A stretch of 64,000 nucleotides of DNA from Cyanobacteria bacterium auto_48_18 (lineage in GTDB: Bacteria > Cyanobacteriota > Vampirovibrionia > Obscuribacterales > Obscuribacteraceae). Under the pieces are notes generated by a model. The model did no database searches. It was not told where the DNA came from and saw only the letters and a program-made list of their open reading frames with translations. A program made the position numbers and the translations under genes. Where the stretch lies: NCBI GenBank assembly GCA_036170915.1, contig JAVHQC010000022.1, positions 351,420-415,419 on the forward strand, given 5' to 3'. Below are positions 58,069 through 64,000 of this stretch, one piece after another (within the stretch, counting starts at the first letter, position 1; each line of letters begins with the position of its first letter).

Positions 58069-58512
58069 TTAATTGCTGATGTAGCGCCTTACTTGCGTGA
58101 ACAGGTTCGGATTATTAGTGTGCACATAGTCAAAGAATTCCGGATTGTTGTAAGTGTTCCAGTCATATGAGCCCGTGTAAGTGTTTTTGTGATAGGCATT
58201 CCAGGAATTTTTCATTTCTAGCTCAAGCGCTGCGCTGTCTGCGGCCGCGAAACTAGGATTGCGATGACCCCAGTTGTTAGAGAAATAAACTCTCTGACCG
58301 TTCCAGTCGTGTGGATAGACTGTTGTGGTGGTGACAGTGCCGTTGGATTGTTGCATGCGTGCTTGTTTATGCCAAAAGTGTTTACTGTGGCGGCGCTCGT
58401 GATGGTCGCGATGATCATTGTCGTCATGGTCATGATCGGCCATGGCGGGTGTGACAGAGGCGGCAAGCACCAGAGCTGCAGCAACCATCTTCAATGTTTC
58501 AAATTTAGACAT
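58069..58512 (-). CDS. secreted small protein, paralog 3 of 3 (His-rich)
   Basis: PAMA|DHDHDD; YDWNTYNNPEFFDYVHTNNP..FTQVR. Confidence 0.9.
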   Translation of the reverse strand: MSKFETLKMVAAALVLAASVTPAMADHDHDDNDHRDHHERRHSKHFWHKQARMQQSNGTVTTTTVYPHDWNGQRVYFSNNWGHRNPSFAAADSAALELEMKNSWNAYHKNTYTGSYDWNTYNNPEFFDYVHTNNPNLFTQVRRYISN

Positions 58513-58584
58513 GTAATCTCCAACGTGAATTAACAGTTGTCAAACTATCCGCTTGCGCGGTATTTGCTTTATGTTTTGCACGCC

Positions 58585-58609
58585 GACGGCCCATACGCTC
58601 GAACGTTCC
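58585..58609 (-). promoter_or_regulatory. candidate ECF-sigma promoter GGAAC-N16-CGTC
   Basis: Minus strand GGAACGTTCGAGCGTATGGGCCGTC upstream of paralog 3. Confidence 0.6.
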
Positions 58610-58729
58610 GTAAACTTTGATGTCTCTGCCGCGAAGATAACCTTTAAGGCTTAAAGCAATAAAGGGCTTAAAGCGTTAGCATAGAGGCCGCGTATATTCG
58701 TCTTTAATCAGTCAGGAGCTAGTAAAGCT

Positions 58730-60631
58730 ATGGTAGAAGTGCAGGCAAACGCCGTTGCAACCATCAAGGAATTGGCCAGTCAACTCAGAGTCGACAGCAT
58801 TCGCTGCACCACCGAAGCCGGCTCCGGTCACCCAACATCTTCAATGTCAGCAGCCGACATTATGGCCGTGCTGATGACCAAATATCTGAAATACGATTTC
58901 AGCAAACCTGAGCATCCGGTCAATGACCGCCTGATTTTCTCTAAAGGTCATGCCTGCCCTTTGCTTTATTCAATGTACAAAGCCGCCGGAGCGATTACCG
59001 ATAACGAACTGATGAGCTTGCGCAAGTTTGGCTCACGGTTGGAAGGTCACCCGATACCTAAGCTTTTGCCCTGGGTAGACGTCGCCACCGGCTCACTCGG
59101 CCAGGGATTGCCCATGGGTGTGGGTATGGCGCTGGCCGGCAAATACTTGGATAAATTGCCTTATAAAGTCTGGGTTTTGTTGGGCGACAGTGAAATGGCC
59201 GAAGGTTCTGTTTGGGAAGCCATGTCATGTGCGTCTCACTACAAGCTCGACAATATGGTGGCCATTCTTGACATGAATCGCCTTGGTCAGCGCGGCGAGA
59301 CTGCTTTTGGTTGGAATTCTTCTTTATATGCCGATCGTGCCAAAGCATTTGGTTTCCACGTTATTGAAATTGCCGGACACGACTTTGATCAAATTGATGA
59401 AGCGCTGCAAGAAGCCAGTGCAGTAACTGGTCAACCAACAATCATCATTGCTAAGACTGAAAAAGGTCATGGCATTCCTCTTACAGCTAACCAAGATAAC
59501 TGGCACGGTAAGCCGCTTTCTAAAGAGCAAGCTGAAGAAGCGGTGAAGTTGCTAGGTGGTATCACCAGCATGAAAGTGGCTGTACAAAAGCCATCAGATC
59601 CACCAGTAGCGAAGAAAGTCACATCAGAAATCACCGGTTCGGGCAAGTTTATTACACCTGCCTATTCTAACCCTGCGGCCACTAGAGAAGCTTACGGCGA
59701 CGCGCTGAAAGCGTTGGGTGGAGCTCATAGCGACGTAGTTGTGCTCGACGCTGAAGTGGGCAATTCTACTTATTCAGATAAGTTTGCCAAAGCGTACCTC
59801 GATCGTTTCTTCGAAATGTATATCGCAGAGCAACTGATGGTTGGTGTGGCAATCGGCTTGTCTACTCGCGGTAAGAAAGTATTTTCTTCCACCTTTGCCG
59901 CCTTCCTCTGCCGTGCCTATGATTTCATTCGTATGGCGGCCATCTCACGTGCCACCATTAAACTTTGCGGCTCCCATGCCGGCTGCTCCATAGGAGCAGA
60001 TGGCCCATCACAAATGGCTCTCGAAGATCTGGCCATGATGCGTGCCATTCATGGCAGTACCGTTCTCTATCCATCAGATCCAATTTCTACCGCTAAACTG
60101 GTAGAAAAAATGTATGGTGTGGAAGGTGTTTCATACATGCGCACCACCCGCGAAAAGACTCGCGTGCTCTACAAAGAAGACGATGTCTTTGAGCTTGGTG
60201 GCAGCAAAACATTGCGCACCTCTGCCGACGACATGGTCACCTTAATTGGTGCTGGTATCACGTTACATGAGTGTCTCAAAGCTTATGACGAGCTGAAAAG
60301 CCAGGGTATTGCAGTACGCGTCATTGACCTTTATTCAATCAAGCCAATCGATGCTAAAACTCTCCAAACTGCTGCACGTGAAACAGGCACATTGATTGTA
60401 GTTGAAGATCATTGGCCTGAAGGTGGTATGGGTGACGCGGTGCTTGATGTATTTGCACCAAAAGGTCCACCAGCTCGCGGTAGCAAAATTGCGGCATTCG
60501 ACAAGCTGCCGAAGGTTGTAAAAATTGCTGTGCGTGACATGCCCGGCAGCGGCTCACCAGAAGAGCTGATGGAAGCGGCCGGCATCACAGCCAGTCACAT
60601 TGTTGCTACTGTGAAATCTCTAATTCAATAA
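58730..60631 (+). CDS. tkt: transketolase
   Basis: SGHPTSSMS, SKGHA, LEGHP, ATGSLGQG, GDSE..EG...N TPP motif, YIAEQ, DGPSQMALED. Confidence 0.97.
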   Translation: MVEVQANAVATIKELASQLRVDSIRCTTEAGSGHPTSSMSAADIMAVLMTKYLKYDFSKPEHPVNDRLIFSKGHACPLLYSMYKAAGAITDNELMSLRKFGSRLEGHPIPKLLPWVDVATGSLGQGLPMGVGMALAGKYLDKLPYKVWVLLGDSEMAEGSVWEAMSCASHYKLDNMVAILDMNRLGQRGETAFGWNSSLYADRAKAFGFHVIEIAGHDFDQIDEALQEASAVTGQPTIIIAKTEKGHGIPLTANQDNWHGKPLSKEQAEEAVKLLGGITSMKVAVQKPSDPPVAKKVTSEITGSGKFITPAYSNPAATREAYGDALKALGGAHSDVVVLDAEVGNSTYSDKFAKAYLDRFFEMYIAEQLMVGVAIGLSTRGKKVFSSTFAAFLCRAYDFIRMAAISRATIKLCGSHAGCSIGADGPSQMALEDLAMMRAIHGSTVLYPSDPISTAKLVEKMYGVEGVSYMRTTREKTRVLYKEDDVFELGGSKTLRTSADDMVTLIGAGITLHECLKAYDELKSQGIAVRVIDLYSIKPIDAKTLQTAARETGTLIVVEDHWPEGGMGDAVLDVFAPKGPPARGSKIAAFDKLPKVVKIAVRDMPGSGSPEELMEAAGITASHIVATVKSLIQ

Positions 60632-60654
60632 GTGCTTCAAATTTAGACCATGAA

Positions 60655-60691
60655 AAAACTCCTCCAGCAGTAAAATTGTTGGAGGAGTTTT
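60655..60691. terminator. bidirectional intrinsic terminator
   Basis: AAAACTCCTCCAGCAG/TTGTTGGAGGAGTTTT between convergent genes. Confidence 0.85.
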
Positions 60692-60715
60692 GATTTGCAG
60701 CCGGCTTCGTTTAAA

Positions 60716-61072
60716 TTATTCGGGGCTAGCAGTGCGCTTGTTCAGCGAATCTTTAGTGATCTTCAGGCTAACTTTATTGAGGTCTTTTTCAATTTTATTT
60801 TCGTCGGCATAGCTAAGTTTGCCACCATTTTTTTCTTTGGCTTTTTCAATTTTGGCATTGATATCGGCAAGATCTTCTCGCAGATGATCTGCTTCCTTTA
60901 GAGTCAATTCGTTTGCTTTTTGGCCCTTGTTGATTTTAGCGGTCAATCTTTCGATGCGCATAGTGATGGTAACCTTCTGCTTTGCTGAAGCTTCAGCTAC
61001 AGAAATCATTGTGCTCATTCCGGTTGCCATCATCAGGCTCAAGCAAAAGCTTGCCACTTTAGTAAAATTCAT
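60716..61072 (-). CDS. secreted small helical protein, single copy of the repeat in 9556..11265
   Basis: Signal peptide; RIERLTAKINKGQKANELTLKEADHLREDLADI...NGGKLSYADENKIEKDLNKVSLKI; RBS GGAGG. Confidence 0.8.
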   Translation of the reverse strand: MNFTKVASFCLSLMMATGMSTMISVAEASAKQKVTITMRIERLTAKINKGQKANELTLKEADHLREDLADINAKIEKAKEKNGGKLSYADENKIEKDLNKVSLKITKDSLNKRTASPE

Positions 61073-61223
61073 TGATTATCCTCCAGAACGTAAATACTGG
61101 CGACAATCTTAGCGCAATTGCTGACAGCTATAGTCACCAAGCACAAATAGTGTTGAAAGTCGGCTCACAAGGTATATACAGCTAGTGATAAGGCCTGTTA
61201 TTGACGTATAATCCTGCAAACCA

Positions 61224-62012
61224 TTGAAGGACATAGATATGAAGGAATTCGCTGCCTATAAGGCACCATTTTATACATTCTTCTCGGCGCCTTTTTACCG
61301 CGACCTTTTGAAGAATGGCAAGGGCCTCGGCATTCTCTACCTCCTCATTTTATCTGCCATTTTCTGGTCGTTGCAGACGGCTAAAATATTTGCGGTGATG
61401 CAAATGGGCATCAATGGGCCTGAAGTAAGCGAAATGGTCGCCCAGGTGCCTGAAATGAAGTGGAAACAAGGCAAGCTCAGTATTGATAAACCATCACCCT
61501 ATATTATTCTCGACGACAAAAAGCAGCCGGGCATTATCTTTGATATCAATGGCAAAATGAAAACCCTGGCTGATGCAAAGGGCGCCAAGGTGCTTGTTAC
61601 GGAAGATTTTCTGGTAGCTAAGAAATCCTCAGGAGTAGAAGAATCTATTCCGTGGGCAAAAATTGAAGACTTTGCCGTAACCAGAGCCATGGTTGAAGAT
61701 TGGCGCAGCAAGGTAGTGCCCATTGGCACCACAATTATCTGGACCATGGGAATTTTTGTCTGGTTCGGACATGTTGTGATGGCTCTGATTTACGGGCTGA
61801 TTGGTCTGATTTTTGACAAACGCAAAGTCGGTTTTCAGGCCATGATGAGGCTGGCTGCTTTTGCCATGACGCCCAGCATTATTATTTCAGTGCTGCAACA
61901 GTTAACCGGTTTTGAAATTCCGTTATATCCGCTGATTTCGATCATCATGCAGATCGGCTTCATGTATTTCGCTTATCAGGCGTTTGAAAAAGGTGAAGAA
62001 GCCCAAGTCTAG
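61224..62012 (+). CDS. DUF1189-like membrane protein
   Basis: FYR....KG.G..YL, P......GKL.ID.P.PY, RLAAFAMTP; probable ATG at 61239 after AAGGA. Confidence 0.7.
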   Translation: MKDIDMKEFAAYKAPFYTFFSAPFYRDLLKNGKGLGILYLLILSAIFWSLQTAKIFAVMQMGINGPEVSEMVAQVPEMKWKQGKLSIDKPSPYIILDDKKQPGIIFDINGKMKTLADAKGAKVLVTEDFLVAKKSSGVEESIPWAKIEDFAVTRAMVEDWRSKVVPIGTTIIWTMGIFVWFGHVVMALIYGLIGLIFDKRKVGFQAMMRLAAFAMTPSIIISVLQQLTGFEIPLYPLISIIMQIGFMYFAYQAFEKGEEAQV

Positions 62013-62019
62013 TCTAATG

Positions 62020-62709
62020 CTAACGGTCTAGAAGCGGACTGCGCAAACGTTTAGATGTAGTTTGAGTTTCAACTTCTGCCACCTCAGTTGCACCACTGGC
62101 GGTTACACCGCTGATGGCACCAATGGCGCCTAATTGCTGCAAGACGCTGAAAACAATATCGTAAGCGTTTTGCAGATGGTGCAGCTTGTCCATCACACCG
62201 TCGTAATGGTAGACAACCGCATTGGCATGTTCAGGAATGCGCAACTTGGGATAAGTCTGTGCTGCTTTAGTTTCGATATGCAAGAGTGTTGGCGGTTGCA
62301 AAAGTATTAATTCGCGCATTTGCACGTCTAGAAAAAGTTCTTGGATTTTCTGAGGATCTGTGCCTTGAATCATAAATTTGCTGTCGAATAAGGCGTCTTG
62401 AACTTGCAAATCTTGCATGCCCATAGCTTTGCCGATTTTATGATGGTCTTTTTCTTGGAAAATAGAAAAAGCGAAATCGTCAGCAGGCGGATAGCAGACC
62501 AAAACGCTATTGCTTGCGCCTTTTTTGCCATAACGAGATTCGGGAGAATAAACGATTCTAAGGCTGGTATCTTCCAGCGGTACCGAAAGCGCAATCAGTT
62601 TGCCTTCGTCTTCACCGCTGTCAGTTAAGACTTTGCCCTTTTTTTCGTCAGCGAAATTTCTCCAAACATACTCCCAACCAAAGAGGTCGCTGTGAAATTT
62701 CATGGTCAT
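62020..62709 (-). CDS. hypothetical protein
   Basis: 229-aa ORF with RBS GGAG; K.MGMQDLQV.D..FDSKF.I.G.DP. Confidence 0.75.
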   Translation of the reverse strand: MTMKFHSDLFGWEYVWRNFADEKKGKVLTDSGEDEGKLIALSVPLEDTSLRIVYSPESRYGKKGASNSVLVCYPPADDFAFSIFQEKDHHKIGKAMGMQDLQVQDALFDSKFMIQGTDPQKIQELFLDVQMRELILLQPPTLLHIETKAAQTYPKLRIPEHANAVVYHYDGVMDKLHHLQNAYDIVFSVLQQLGAIGAISGVTASGATEVAEVETQTTSKRLRSPLLDR

Positions 62710-62797
62710 TCTCCGCTTTTAAAACTTAGAGTTGATTTTAGCCAAATTGCCTGCCGCTTTGCAAGGGTGTGTGTCTTATCTGATTACAACTCTCGTG

Positions 62798-62829
62798 CGA
62801 TAGGATATTGAAACGATAGGATATTGAAA
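62798..62829. repeat. 16-bp tandem duplication (CGATAGGATATTGAAA)x2
   Basis: Direct inspection. Confidence 0.9.
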
Positions 62830-62837
62830 TGCTCTTG

Positions 62838-62880
62838 CCAAATCGCAGAGAAATTTTGCCAAAATTTCTCTGCGATTTGG
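62838..62880. repeat. perfect 20-bp inverted repeat
   Basis: CCAAATCGCAGAGAAATTTT-gcc-AAAATTTCTCTGCGATTTGG. Confidence 0.95.
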
Positions 62881-62882
62881 AA

Positions 62883-63728
62883 ATGAGCTTAGAAGACCCC
62901 AGAAGACCCCAGAAGAATGGAGCTAATATCGATATCGCCGCAACAATGTGGATAAGAGACGGTGTGCTTGTGGACCGCATGCACATTAACGCTGTGGCCT
63001 TCGCCTATGCGGCTTATCTCACGCTTGAACCGGCCAGAATGAGCGCTAGTTTGGCCGAACTGGTAAATTTTTCCCTGGCCAAATCGGGCATGTCTTGCCT
63101 GGAAAAAATACTCAGTTTGGAGATCAATGCTTCACTTGAAGATGCTCAGGTTGCTGCCCGATTTTATAACCAAATTGCCACTGAAGCCGCGGCTTCTGCC
63201 AGCTATTTTAGCGGCGCACTGGAGACCCTGTGCAAGCTAAAAGCGTCAGGCACTAAGAACTTCATTACATCAGCTGTGGAGCAGCAGATTTTAGACCAGT
63301 GGCTCACGAGCAAACAGGGCCTGGAGGCAGCTCCTTATCTGGAAGAAACTCTTGGTCGGCGAAATAATTTTGTTAAAGGAGCCGATCATTTTGAATACGT
63401 GCGAAAAATCGTAGATTGGGCGCCTATTTATTATATTGCCGACGCCGAATTCGAAATCAAACAGGCCGCAAGCATCAAGCAAGCTAATAACCTGGTGCCC
63501 CTGGGCTTTGCTCATTGCACTGATAGCGACCAAATCAGGCAAGCTCAGTCACTAGTGCGCACGGCTTGCAGTGTCGTGGCTTCGCAGTGGCAATTTGCGT
63601 TTCTTGATACCATCGACTGCAATAATTTGATCTTGCCAACGCAAGAAGCTATAAGAGAAAATCTGCTGAAAGCCGGTGCAGTAGCTGTAGTAGCCGACTT
63701 TGCCGAACTTGCCGAATATCTTTTCTAA
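62883..63728 (+). CDS. degenerate HAD-superfamily-like protein
   Basis: DGVLVD, F.GALETL..LK..G...FITS, K, YYIADAEFEI..A, AGA...V.DFAEL; ATG 62883 preferred to 62829. Confidence 0.65.
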   Translation: MSLEDPRRPQKNGANIDIAATMWIRDGVLVDRMHINAVAFAYAAYLTLEPARMSASLAELVNFSLAKSGMSCLEKILSLEINASLEDAQVAARFYNQIATEAAASASYFSGALETLCKLKASGTKNFITSAVEQQILDQWLTSKQGLEAAPYLEETLGRRNNFVKGADHFEYVRKIVDWAPIYYIADAEFEIKQAASIKQANNLVPLGFAHCTDSDQIRQAQSLVRTACSVVASQWQFAFLDTIDCNNLILPTQEAIRENLLKAGAVAVVADFAELAEYLF

Positions 63729-64000
63729 TGCATCGGCTCAAAAATAGCGGCGTCTTCACCAAGTGACTTTGTTCCATGACCGACAATAATTTTGGCACGA
63801 GGAAATAGTGCTTTAATGGTGGCCACCTGGGGGTGACCTAAGCTAAGTGGCAATCTGAGTTGCGTGATGGGCAAGCCTTTCAATGAAGCCATTCCACGCT
63901 CAGTAACCCTCGTGCCTGCTACATCTAAAAAATGAAGTTTTTTCAAGCGTGCGAGAAATTTTATAGTCTCGTCGGTGATGTTTTGATTGCCCCCCAAATG
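63725..64000 (-). CDS. leucine-rich-repeat protein, C-terminal fragment (runs off window end)
   Basis: N.NITDE.IK.LA.LKKLH.LDV..T.VTE.G..SL..LPI..L.L (RI-like LRR). Confidence 0.8.
   Translation of the reverse strand, partial: HLGGNQNITDETIKFLARLKKLHFLDVAGTRVTERGMASLKGLPITQLRLPLSLGHPQVATIKALFPRAKIIVGHGTKSLGEDAAIFEPMH

Overview
Gene-dense bacterial chromosomal segment with about 55 CDS and one tRNA-Glu(UUC). I see no CRISPR array, rRNA, integrase or transposase. The tRNA-Glu has the cyanobacterial/plastid-type A53:U61 T-stem pair and there are no photosynthesis genes in the window. Together with the many secreted TPR, LRR, TonB-C and MshEN proteins, this suggests a non-photosynthetic cyanobacterial relative (Vampirovibrionia/Melainabacteria, Obscuribacterales-like); this is inference. 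Recognisable loci are MoxR-DUF58-transglutaminase-like genes, glyQ, a ROK kinase, clpS-clpA, mscS, SulP-USP, pirin/MarR, a bacteriophytochrome kinase, a CpxRA-like pair with a Spy/CpxP partner, a Fic protein, a class A beta-lactamase, ArsR-SRPBCC, an M1 aminopeptidase and transketolase. The most unusual items are: (1) three tandem paralogous secreted His/Asp/Asn-rich proteins and a six-repeat secreted helical protein, where three of these four genes share a GGAAC-N16/17-CGTC ECF-type promoter motif; (2) a 4xMshEN protein near an orphan TadE-lectin/TadG-poly(Gly-Asp) pilin-like pair; (3) a biliverdin-type phytochrome with no heme oxygenase in the window; (4) a stand-alone AprA-type polyketide-starter methyltransferase; (5) a beta-lactamase with SDT and a ~35-aa omega-loop insertion; (6) several RNA/DNA structural elements. 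All family calls come from motif recognition by eye, not database searches.
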